Positions 35,896 to 44,506 of a stretch of DNA of 64,000 bases are shown in pieces. Each line of letters opens with the position of its first letter. Position 1 is the first letter of the stretch. The notes below the pieces were generated by a model. It worked only from the letters and a program-made list of their open reading frames with translations. It did not search any database and was not told the DNA's origin. The DNA comes from Hyphomicrobiales bacterium (lineage in GTDB: Bacteria; Pseudomonadota; Alphaproteobacteria; Micropepsales; Micropepsaceae), in assembly GCA_040255825.1 (NCBI GenBank), contig JBDZVS010000001.1, positions 2,867 through 66,866 of the forward strand, given 5' to 3'. The position numbers were made by a program, and so were the translations under genes.

Positions 35896-36951
35896 ATGAA
35901 AACGCGGCGTGACGTGATGATGGGTGGGGCGGCGCTGGCCGCCACGTCGGCTTTTCCCGCCCAGGCGGCGGACATGCGGCCGCAGTCTCCATTAGGCGTT
36001 GCCCAGACGGCGCTGGGCCATTACTTCCGCCGCCAGCGCGGTGGCGCGCGTACCCGCGGACCGGCCGATCCTTTCGCGACGGTCGCCTATGTGCGTTCGC
36101 TGGGTGCCGGCGGCGTCCAGATGGCCATTCCTGACGGCACCGATGTGAAGAAACTGCGCGCGGCGCTGGAGAAGAACAATCTGTTCTTCGAGGGCGACAT
36201 CCGCATGATCGCCAAGCCGGGCGACGATACCGCCGCGTTCGAGCGCGGGCTTCGCATGTACAAGGAACTGGGCGCCTCCTGCGTGCGCACGGTGTCCTTT
36301 GTCGGGCGCCGCTACGAGACCTTCAGCACCCTGCAGCAGTACCGGGACTGGAAGACCAACGCCGATGGCGTGCTGGCGGCCTGCGTGCCCATCGCCGACA
36401 AGGTCGGAATCCCGCTGGCGATGGAGAACCACAAGGATCGCGTCGTCGATGAGGAAGTGGAAGTCCTGAAGAAATATTCCAGCGAATATTTTGGCGCCCT
36501 GGTCGATTTCGGCAACAACATCTCGATGTGCGACGATCCGGTGGAGACGATCCGCAAGCTGGCCCCCTATGTGAAGGCCACCCACGTCAAGAACATGGCA
36601 GTGGCCCGCTATGACGAGGGCTTTCTTCTCTCGGAAGTACTGTTCGAGGATGGTTTCCTCGATATTCCCGCCCTTTTCGCCGAGCTGCGGAAGGTCAATC
36701 CCAAGATCCATCCCATGCACGAGCTGATTACCCGCGACCCCCTGAAGGTGCCGGTGCTGACCGACAAATACTGGGTGACCTGGCCCGAGCGCAGCGGGCT
36801 CTACCTGGAGCGCACGCTCAGGCTGGTCGACGCCAATGCCAGCAAGAAGCCCTTGCCCACCGTCAGCGACCTGGACGCGGCGGCACAATTCGCCGTCGAG
36901 GAAAGCAACAACATCAAGTGTTTCGACTGGGCCCGAAAGGCACTCGTCTGA
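35896..36951 (+). CDS. Tat-exported sugar-phosphate isomerase/epimerase-like TIM-barrel protein
   Basis: KTRRDVMMGG twin-arginine motif. Metal-site pattern LAMENHKD...LVDFGN...THVKN..., then GFLDIP and HELI. Confidence 0.8.
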   Translation: MKTRRDVMMGGAALAATSAFPAQAADMRPQSPLGVAQTALGHYFRRQRGGARTRGPADPFATVAYVRSLGAGGVQMAIPDGTDVKKLRAALEKNNLFFEGDIRMIAKPGDDTAAFERGLRMYKELGASCVRTVSFVGRRYETFSTLQQYRDWKTNADGVLAACVPIADKVGIPLAMENHKDRVVDEEVEVLKKYSSEYFGALVDFGNNISMCDDPVETIRKLAPYVKATHVKNMAVARYDEGFLLSEVLFEDGFLDIPALFAELRKVNPKIHPMHELITRDPLKVPVLTDKYWVTWPERSGLYLERTLRLVDANASKKPLPTVSDLDAAAQFAVEESNNIKCFDWARKALV

Positions 36952-36952
36952 T

Positions 36953-37015
36953 CCTCACCCTGAGCCTGCCGACGGGTGAGGGGTGCCTCATTGGTTCGAC
37001 AGGCTCACCATGAGG
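36953..37015. repeat. second copy of REP family A
   Basis: CCTCACCCTGAGCCTGCCGACGGGTGAGG-GGTG-CCTCATTGGTTCGACAGGCTCACCATGAGG, homologous to 22455-22521. Located between convergent genes. Confidence 0.72.
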
Positions 37016-37025
37016 AGCGCGCCGC

Positions 37026-38171
37026 TCACTGCACGGTGAAATGCATCATCGTGGTCGAGGTGAACGTCTCGCCCGGCCGCAGCACCGTGGACGGGAAATC
37101 CGGGTGGTTGGGGCTGTCGGGATAATGCTGCGTCTCCAGCGCCAGCCCATCGGTGGCGCGCAGGGTGGTGCCCGCCGGCGTGACGCCGGTGCCGTTGAGG
37201 TGGTTCGAGGAATAGACCTGCACGCCGGGCTGGGTGGTATAAAGCTCCAGCGTGCGGCCGCTGTCCGGATCGGTCAGCCGCGCCGCCAGCTCCAGCGCGC
37301 CGGGCTTGGATTTGCGCAGCACGAAATTGTGGTCATAGCCCTGGCCGATCAGCATCTGCGGCTCGCTCGAGCGCAGGTCGCGGCCGATCGGCTTGGGGGA
37401 CCGGAAGTCCAGCGCCGTGCCGGCCACGGGCGCGATCTCACCGGTGGGAATCTGGTTCTTGTCGGTGGGCGTATAGCTGTCGGCCATCAGCGTCAGCACC
37501 TGCGGTTCCACCGAGCCCGAGCCGTTGCCCGCCAGGTTGTAATAGGTGTGGTTGGTCAGGTTGACGACGGTGGGCTTGTCGGTGGTCGCCTTATAGTCGA
37601 TGCGGAAATCGGCATCGTCGGTGAGGGTATAGGTGACATCCACCGTCAGCGTGCCGGGAAAGCCCTGGTCGCCGTCCGGGCTGACCAGGCGCAGCGTCAC
37701 GCCCGCCGTACTGGCGGTCTGGAAAGTCTTCACCGTCTGCAGAAGCCGGGTGGAATAGCCGGGACGGCCGCCGTGCAGGGTCACGCCGGCGGGATTGGCC
37801 GCCAGGTCGTAATGCTTGCCGTCCAGCGTGAAGCCGTGCAGCAGCCGGTTGGCATAGCGGCCGGTCAGCGCACTCATCGGCCCGGTGGCCAGGATGTTCG
37901 CCATGTCCTTCTGGCACAGGATCACATTGGCCATCTTGCCGTCGCGGCCGGGCGCCTCCACATCACAGATGATGCCGCCATAATCCAGCACCTGGGCGCG
38001 CATGCCCTTGCTGTTGGTCAATGTGAAGATGTGCACGTCCTGGCCGTCGCGCGTGGTGCCGAAGACCTTCTGCTCGACGGTGCCGGCCCGGGCTGGGCCG
38101 ACCAACGGACCGGCCATCAGGCCGGCCGCCGCCAGGATGGCCGCGGTGGCCGCGGCGCAAGAGCTGTTCAT
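37026..38171 (-). CDS. galM: aldose 1-epimerase (mutarotase) with signal peptide
   Basis: GRYANR, LHGG, GFPGTL, NLTNHTYYNL, GYDHNF, YTTQPGVQVY and LETQHYPDSPN. Hydrophobic N-terminus ending ARA-G. Confidence 0.92.
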   Translation of the reverse strand: MNSSCAAATAAILAAAGLMAGPLVGPARAGTVEQKVFGTTRDGQDVHIFTLTNSKGMRAQVLDYGGIICDVEAPGRDGKMANVILCQKDMANILATGPMSALTGRYANRLLHGFTLDGKHYDLAANPAGVTLHGGRPGYSTRLLQTVKTFQTASTAGVTLRLVSPDGDQGFPGTLTVDVTYTLTDDADFRIDYKATTDKPTVVNLTNHTYYNLAGNGSGSVEPQVLTLMADSYTPTDKNQIPTGEIAPVAGTALDFRSPKPIGRDLRSSEPQMLIGQGYDHNFVLRKSKPGALELAARLTDPDSGRTLELYTTQPGVQVYSSNHLNGTGVTPAGTTLRATDGLALETQHYPDSPNHPDFPSTVLRPGETFTSTTMMHFTVQ

Positions 38172-38372
38172 GCCTGTTTTCCCCTCTTTCATCCCCGTAA
38201 AAGCGCGTCTCATGGTGCGGCAGCCCATGAATTGACTGTGTTTTGCCGCCGGCGACTATAGTATTGCCGTCACAGAACCACAAAGATGTGGGTGCGCCGG
38301 ATCGTTCCGGGGCCGGGAGCAACGCTAAGGGAAGGGGTTGGCGCGGCATTGCTTGCGCCTTTTGGTCCGCAC

Positions 38373-40745
38373 ATGAAATTTTCGACACGTCACGCCATGC
38401 TCGGCGCCGCCGCCGCCATCCTGCTTGCCGGCGCCGGCCTGACCTCGCGAACAAGCCTGGCCCAGCCCGCCGATACGCCCAACAATCCCTTCGCCGGCAA
38501 CACCGCCGCCGTCGCCCAGGGCGAGAAGATCTTCAATTCCACTTGCACGGCCTGTCATGGCGCGGGCGCCAGCGGGGGACGGGGACCGGCGCTCAACACC
38601 GGCACCTTCAGCCATGGCTCGGGCGATTACGATCTCTACCAGACCATCCGCTCGGGCGTGCCGGGTACCCAGATGCCCAGCTTCGCGCGCCTGCCGTCCG
38701 ACGACGTCTGGCGGGTCGTCACCTACATCAAGAGCCTTTCGGGCGGCTCGGCGACCACGGCCGCGCTGCCGGGCGACGCCGCGCGCGGCGAAGCGCTGTT
38801 CTTCGGCGCCGGCAATTGCACCGCCTGCCATGAGGTGAACGGGCGCGGCGCGGCCATCGCCGCCGACCTGTCGGACGAGGGCACCAAGGCGCCGGCGGCG
38901 ATCAGGAACGGCGTGCTGCACAAGCCCCAGCGCCGCTTCCGGGCGCGGCCCCATTTCGCCGATGTGACGATGAAGGACGGCACGCGCAGCAGCGGCTTCG
39001 TCGTCGCCGAGGACAGTTTCGCCATCGCCCTTCAGGCCGGCGGCAAGTTCGTCACCCTGGACAAGGACAAGGTTCAGGCCATGGCCGACCGCGATGCCAC
39101 CCCGCATGACCTCAAGCTGACATCGGCCCAGGTGGACGACCTTGTGGCCTATCTTGCCCAACACAAGAAGCGCGACTTCACCCAGACGGCCAAGGTGACG
39201 CCGGCGCCGGTGCTGACCTATGCGCGCATCGCGGATGCCCGCGCCGAACCGCAGAACTATCCCACCTATTGGGGCGACTATCAGGGCCATCACTTCAGTG
39301 CCCTGGACCAGATCAACAAGACCAATGTCGGCCAGCTTCAGGCCAAATGGGCCGCGCCGCTTCCCGGCCAGTCCGCACTGGAATCGCTGCCGCTGGTGGT
39401 GGACGGGGTGATGTATGTCTCCGGCCCGCCCGGCGACGTCTATGCCTTCGACGCCAAGACCGGCCTGCAGCTGTGGAAATTCCACCGCAAGCAGGACATC
39501 GTCAATCCCTACCAGATCAATCCCTCCAACCGCGGCGTGGCGGTGCTGGACGGGCGCGTCTTCTTCGGCACGCTGGACGATAACCTGATCGCGCTGGATG
39601 CCCATACCGGACGCGAATTGTGGGAAGTGCGCATCGCCGACACGATGGAAGGCTTCACCCTCACCGGCGCGCCGCTGGCGGTGAAGGACAAGATCATCAT
39701 GGGATCGTCGGGCGGCGAGATGGGGCTGCGCGGCTTCCTGGACGCCTATGATCCCGCCACCGGCAAGCGGCTGTGGCGCTTCTATACGACGGCGGCGCCG
39801 GGCGGGCCCAATGGCGGCACCTGGCCGGGCGACACCTGGAAGCTGGGCGGCGGCGGCACCTGGCTGACCGGCAGCTATGACCCGCAGCTCGACACGCTGT
39901 ATTGGAGCGTCGGCAATCCCGCGCCCTCCTTCAACCCGGACGTCCGCAAGGGCGACAATCTCTATACCGACAGCGTGGTGGCGCTCGATCCCGACACCGG
40001 CAAGCTGAAATGGTACTATCAGTTCACCCCCAACGACTCCCATGACTGGGATTCGGAGGAAGACCTGGTGCTGGCCGACCAGATGGTGGACGGCAAGATG
40101 CGCAAGCTCCTGCTGCACACCGACCGCAACGGCGTCTTCTATGCGCTGGACCGCGAGACCGGCAAATTCCTCTGGGCCAAGCCCTTCGTGAAAGTTACCT
40201 GGGTCAAGGGCTGGAACAAGAATGGCCGGCCCATCGTCAATCACGACACCGACGCCACGGCCCAAGGCAGGATCGTCTGGCCGGCCACCGGCGGCACCAA
40301 TTTCCAGGCGCCATCCTATGACCAGGAAAGCACCACGCTCTATGTGCAGACCAACGAGCAGCAGGGCTGGGCCAACAGCGGCCCGGCGGTGTTCGAGCGC
40401 GGCAAGCTCTATACCGCGCGCGGCAGCGTGGTGCCGCCGCCCGGCCCCCCGCCCAAGCCGGCGATCAAGGCGATCGACACCACCAATGGCGACATCAAAT
40501 GGACCGCGCCGGTCGCGGCGCCCAGCCTGTCGGCGGGCGTGCTGGCGACGCGCGGCGGGGTAGTGTTCGTCGCCACCACCGAGGGCCAGTTCATCGCGCT
40601 GGACAGCGCCACCGGCAAGCCGCTGTGGAATTTCCGCACCGGCTCGCGCATGAGCGCATCGCCGGTAAGCTACGCCGTCGACGGCAAACAGTATGTCGCC
40701 ATCGGCGCCGGCAACATGCTTTACACCTTCGCGCTTCCCGGTTGA
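38373..40745 (+). CDS. PQQ-dependent alcohol-dehydrogenase-family quinoprotein with two N-terminal cytochrome c domains
   Basis: Signal peptide and CTACH at 38544 and 38817. The PQQ domain has YWGDYQGHHFSAL, NRGVA, GGEMGLRGFL, GGGTW, GNPAP and TPNDSHDWD. Confidence 0.87.
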   Translation: MKFSTRHAMLGAAAAILLAGAGLTSRTSLAQPADTPNNPFAGNTAAVAQGEKIFNSTCTACHGAGASGGRGPALNTGTFSHGSGDYDLYQTIRSGVPGTQMPSFARLPSDDVWRVVTYIKSLSGGSATTAALPGDAARGEALFFGAGNCTACHEVNGRGAAIAADLSDEGTKAPAAIRNGVLHKPQRRFRARPHFADVTMKDGTRSSGFVVAEDSFAIALQAGGKFVTLDKDKVQAMADRDATPHDLKLTSAQVDDLVAYLAQHKKRDFTQTAKVTPAPVLTYARIADARAEPQNYPTYWGDYQGHHFSALDQINKTNVGQLQAKWAAPLPGQSALESLPLVVDGVMYVSGPPGDVYAFDAKTGLQLWKFHRKQDIVNPYQINPSNRGVAVLDGRVFFGTLDDNLIALDAHTGRELWEVRIADTMEGFTLTGAPLAVKDKIIMGSSGGEMGLRGFLDAYDPATGKRLWRFYTTAAPGGPNGGTWPGDTWKLGGGGTWLTGSYDPQLDTLYWSVGNPAPSFNPDVRKGDNLYTDSVVALDPDTGKLKWYYQFTPNDSHDWDSEEDLVLADQMVDGKMRKLLLHTDRNGVFYALDRETGKFLWAKPFVKVTWVKGWNKNGRPIVNHDTDATAQGRIVWPATGGTNFQAPSYDQESTTLYVQTNEQQGWANSGPAVFERGKLYTARGSVVPPPGPPPKPAIKAIDTTNGDIKWTAPVAAPSLSAGVLATRGGVVFVATTEGQFIALDSATGKPLWNFRTGSRMSASPVSYAVDGKQYVAIGAGNMLYTFALPG

Positions 40746-40749
40746 GGTC

Positions 40750-41319
40750 ATGACCCAGAACGCTTCCGAAGATCTGCCCCTGATCGTGGTGATGGGCGTC
40801 GCCGGCTCCGGCAAGACCACCATCGCCAGCGGCCTGGCCAAGCGGCTGGAGGTCGCCTTCGTCGAGGGCGATGCGCTCCATCCCCATTCCAATGTCGAGA
40901 AGATGGCCGGCGGCATGCCGCTGAGCGACGAGGATCGCTGGCCCTGGCTGCGCGCCATCGGCGTGACGATGGAATCGGAAAGGCGCGCCGGCCGTGGCGT
41001 GGTCGTGTCCTGCTCCGCCCTCAAGCATGCCTATCGCGACTGCATCCGCAGCATGGTCCAGGGACCGGTGCGATTCATCCTGCTCAATGGCCCGCGTGAC
41101 CTGATCGCGCTGCGCATGGCCGGCCGCAAGGGCCACTTCATGCCGCCCGCGCTGCTGGACAGCCAGCTCGCAACACTGGAACCGCCTGGCGAGGATGAAG
41201 ACGCGGTGACCCTCGACATCACCCAGACGATCGAACAGCTGGTCGATAAAGCCTATGCGGCGGCCAAGGCGCCGCCCGGCAAGGCCGGGCGCGGCAGCCA
41301 GACGGAGAAGCACCGATGA
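40750..41319 (+). CDS. gntK: gluconokinase (GntK/IdnK type)
   Basis: MGVAGSGKTT P-loop, EGDALHP..NVEKM..G.PL.DEDRWPWL, CSALK..YRD and HFMPPALLDSQLATLE. Confidence 0.92.
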   Translation: MTQNASEDLPLIVVMGVAGSGKTTIASGLAKRLEVAFVEGDALHPHSNVEKMAGGMPLSDEDRWPWLRAIGVTMESERRAGRGVVVSCSALKHAYRDCIRSMVQGPVRFILLNGPRDLIALRMAGRKGHFMPPALLDSQLATLEPPGEDEDAVTLDITQTIEQLVDKAYAAAKAPPGKAGRGSQTEKHR

Positions 41320-42371
41320 AAGCCACGGCTGTTATCGCGCCGCTTGCCGCCGCGCTTCTGCTGGGCGCGGCACCGACGCAGGCGCAGGATGCGGCGCCAC
41401 AGAAATTCCCCACCCCGCCGCCCAAGGCGACGGAACGGAATAGCATCATCGGCCCTGCCTATGCCAACGCGCCGGAAACCGTGGCCAACCCGGACGCGCC
41501 TCAGGGCCAGGTGTTCGAGTTCGTCATGCATTCGGATGAGAGCCGCATCTATCCGGGCATCGTGCGCATCGCGCGGATGACGCGCGACCAGTTCGGCAAC
41601 TATGTCGTGCCTCCGGGCGGCATCTCCGCGCCCGGTCCTTATGAGCGGCACGTCTATGTCTATATTCCCAAACAGTACCGCCAGGGCACGCCCGCGCCCT
41701 TCATGGTGATCCAGGACGGCCATTCCTATGTAAAGCGCATGGTCGCGATGATGGACAACATGATCGCCGCCAAGCGCCTGCCGGTCATGGTGCTGGTGTT
41801 CGCCGATTCCGGCGGCAGCGACGCCCAGGGTTCGGAGCGCGGCCTGGAATACGATACGCTGTCGGAGCGCTATTCCAACTGGGTGGAACAGGAGCTGCTG
41901 CCGGCGGTAACGAAGAATTACGGCGTGACCTTCACCAGCGATCCCGACGGGCGCGGCACATTGGGCGGAAGCTCGGGCGGCATCGCCGCCTTCACCATGG
42001 CCTGGTTCCATCCCGAGCGCTATCACAAGGTGCTGTCCTATTCGGGCACCTTCGTGAACCAGGCCTGGCCGGTCGATCCCGCCACGCCGCGCGGCGGCTG
42101 GGAATATCACGATCACCTGATCGCCCAGGCGCCGACAAAGCCCATCCGCATCTGGATGGAGGTTGGCGAAAAGGACAATCGCTTCGACGCGCCCGAGGAT
42201 ACCTGGCACAACTGGCCGCTGGCCAACAACCGCATGGCCGCGGTGTTCGCGAAGAAGGGCTATGACTATCGTTATGTCTTCGCGCTCGGTGCCGGGCATG
42301 TCGACAATCGCGTGGTGATGCAGACGCTGCCGGCGGCGATGGAATGGCTGTGGCGGGATTATCCGCGCTGA
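41316..42371 (+). CDS. secreted alpha/beta-hydrolase esterase (Fes/CE1-like), paralog 1
   Basis: Sec signal ending AQA-Q. RHVYVYIP, ERGLEYD, nucleophile elbow GGSSG, GEKD and GH. Confidence 0.85.
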   Translation: MKATAVIAPLAAALLLGAAPTQAQDAAPQKFPTPPPKATERNSIIGPAYANAPETVANPDAPQGQVFEFVMHSDESRIYPGIVRIARMTRDQFGNYVVPPGGISAPGPYERHVYVYIPKQYRQGTPAPFMVIQDGHSYVKRMVAMMDNMIAAKRLPVMVLVFADSGGSDAQGSERGLEYDTLSERYSNWVEQELLPAVTKNYGVTFTSDPDGRGTLGGSSGGIAAFTMAWFHPERYHKVLSYSGTFVNQAWPVDPATPRGGWEYHDHLIAQAPTKPIRIWMEVGEKDNRFDAPEDTWHNWPLANNRMAAVFAKKGYDYRYVFALGAGHVDNRVVMQTLPAAMEWLWRDYPR

Positions 42372-42419
42372 TATTCGCCGTGCCTCTTCGAGGACGGGAC
42401 AATGAGGAACGAGGGCCCC

Positions 42420-43523
42420 ATGATCGATCGCAAGACCTTTATTCTCTCGCTGCTGGCGGGTACCGCGTTGACGGGTGCGGGTTTGGCGGGTGCGGCGCCC
42501 GCCCTGGCCCAGCCACCGGCCGCCAGTCCCGACCTGCCGAAATTTCCCACCCCGCCGCCCCCGGTGACGGCCGAGAACAGCATCATCGGGCCGGACTATG
42601 CCAACGCGCCCGAGACCGCACCCAATCCCAACGTGCCTCAGGGCGACGTGTTCGAGTTCGTGATGTACTCGGATGAAAGCAAGATCTATCCGGGCATCGT
42701 GCGCATCGAGGGCGAATTGTCCGCCAGGCGCGATCCTTACGGCAACCGCATGGCGTTCACGGCCGACCAGCTTTCGAAACCCGGTCCTTATGTGCGCCAC
42801 GTCTATGTCTACATTCCCCGGCAGTACAAGCCCGGCACGGCGGCGCCCTTCATGGTGGTGCAGGACGGGCACTCCTATATCCATCGGCTCGCGCCCACCC
42901 TGGACAATCTGATCGCGGCGGGCAGCGTCCCGGCGATGATCATCGTGGCGCCCGACTCCGGCGGCAGCGACGCCCAGGGCTCCGAGCGCGGCCTGGAATA
43001 CGACACGCTGTCGGATCGCTATTCCAACTGGGTGGAACAGGAACTGCTGCCGGCGGTGGCGAAGAAATACAACGTCACCTTCACCAGCAATCCGGAAGGG
43101 CGCGGCGCAATGGGCGGCTCCTCGGGCGCGATCTGCGCCTGGACCATGGCCTGGTTCCATCCCGAGCGCTATCGCAAGGTGCTGTCCTATTCTGGCACTT
43201 TCGTGAACCAGGCCTCGCCCCAGGACCCTGCCACGCCGCGCGGCGGCTGGGAATACCACGCCACCCTGATCCCCAAATCGCCGAAAAAACCTATCCGCAT
43301 CTGGATGGAGGTTGGCGAAAAGGACCTGCATTTCGACGATCCCGAGAATACCTGGCACAACTGGCCCTTGGCCAACAACCGCATGGCCGCCGCGCTGAAG
43401 AAGAGGGGCTATGACTATAAATATGTCTGGGCCCGCGAGGCGCGCCATGTCGATCCGCGGGTGGTGATGCAGACGCTTCCGGCTGCCCTGGAATGGCTGT
43501 GGCGGGATTATCCCCGAGGCTGA
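42420..43523 (+). CDS. secreted alpha/beta-hydrolase esterase (Fes/CE1-like), paralog 2
   Basis: Long Tat-like leader (IDRKTFILS). Same motifs as paralog 1 (GGSSG, GEKD, RH), with long near-identical DNA stretches shared with it. Confidence 0.85.
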   Translation: MIDRKTFILSLLAGTALTGAGLAGAAPALAQPPAASPDLPKFPTPPPPVTAENSIIGPDYANAPETAPNPNVPQGDVFEFVMYSDESKIYPGIVRIEGELSARRDPYGNRMAFTADQLSKPGPYVRHVYVYIPRQYKPGTAAPFMVVQDGHSYIHRLAPTLDNLIAAGSVPAMIIVAPDSGGSDAQGSERGLEYDTLSDRYSNWVEQELLPAVAKKYNVTFTSNPEGRGAMGGSSGAICAWTMAWFHPERYRKVLSYSGTFVNQASPQDPATPRGGWEYHATLIPKSPKKPIRIWMEVGEKDLHFDDPENTWHNWPLANNRMAAALKKRGYDYKYVWAREARHVDPRVVMQTLPAALEWLWRDYPRG

Positions 43524-43559
43524 TCCGGTTCGATCCGCCTTCCCGGCGATTGAGGGAAG

Positions 43560-44273
43560 ATGAGCCCGCGTTTCGTCCTGTTCGGTCCGCCGCACCTGAC
43601 CGCCATCGCGCTCGCCCTGTTGGTGCCGCTGGCGCTGGCGTTCATCGCGCGCCACGAGCGTCTGGGCCGCAACGCCGACCGGATGACGCGGCTGGGCCTG
43701 GCGCTGTTCCAGGTCGTCGGTTGGGCCGGCTGGTACTGGACAGGTCTCAGCAAGGGTGCGCTGGGGCTGGACAATGGCCTGCCGCTCAACCTGTGCGACT
43801 GGGCCGAGGTGGCCCTGGTCATCGCGCTTCTGACGCGCAACCAGTTCGCCTATGAGCTGGGCTATTTCTGGGGCCTGGGCGGCACCTTGCAAGGTTTGCT
43901 GACGCCGCCGCTCTATTTCGACTGGCCCGACCCGCAGTTCCTCTTCTTTTTCATCCAGCATGGCGGGGTGATCGCTTCGCTGCTCTACCTGACGCTGGGC
44001 ACGCGCCTTCGCCCCACCCTGCGTTCGCTGCCGCGCGTGGTGGCCGCCAGCTTCTTCTATGCGGCTTTCGTGGGTGTCGCGGACTGGCTGCTGGACGTCA
44101 ATTACGGCTTCCTGCGCGCCAAGCCGCATGGCACGAACCTGCTGACCTTCATGTCGCCCTGGCCCTGGTACATTCCCGAACTGGTGGGCGCCGGGCTGGT
44201 CTTCGTGCTGCTGTATTACGCGCCGTTCGCGCTGGCCGATTGGGTCAGGGCGCGGCGACTCACAAAAACGTGA
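43560..44273 (+). CDS. YwaF-like (TIGR02206-type) integral membrane protein
   Basis: LPLNLCD, GTLQGLLTP, FFIQHGG, NYGFLRAKP and PWPWYI; about 6 TM segments. Confidence 0.82.
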   Translation: MSPRFVLFGPPHLTAIALALLVPLALAFIARHERLGRNADRMTRLGLALFQVVGWAGWYWTGLSKGALGLDNGLPLNLCDWAEVALVIALLTRNQFAYELGYFWGLGGTLQGLLTPPLYFDWPDPQFLFFFIQHGGVIASLLYLTLGTRLRPTLRSLPRVVAASFFYAAFVGVADWLLDVNYGFLRAKPHGTNLLTFMSPWPWYIPELVGAGLVFVLLYYAPFALADWVRARRLTKT

Positions 44274-44308
44274 GGCGGCCGGCTGCTTTCGCGCCGTAGC
44301 CGCCTCAC
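44262..44308 (-). terminator. intrinsic terminator on the minus strand
   Basis: 10-bp stem GTGAGGCGGC/GCCGCCTCAC followed on the minus strand by GTTTTTG. Confidence 0.6.
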
Positions 44309-44506
44309 ACTGCCCCCTTCAAACAGGACTTGGACCCAGACCCCATTTCCAGATCCAACAACTGCAGGGTTTCCCCAAACCGTCCATCTGCAGCGCTGCT
44401 ACTGTGCCGTTCTGACATTCGGACGCAACAATTTTGCTTTGCGGCAACGTGCTTTGCGGCAGGAATGTGGATTTTTCGCAACATTGCGGCGCGCGACCGC
44501 CGACGA

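Noticed and set aside
38325-44129. Very long minus-strand ORFs (899 aa and 958 aa)
   Set aside because: They are antisense shadows of real high-GC genes, with no recognisable motifs and Arg/Gly/His-rich composition. The same applies to most other overlapping ORFs in the track.
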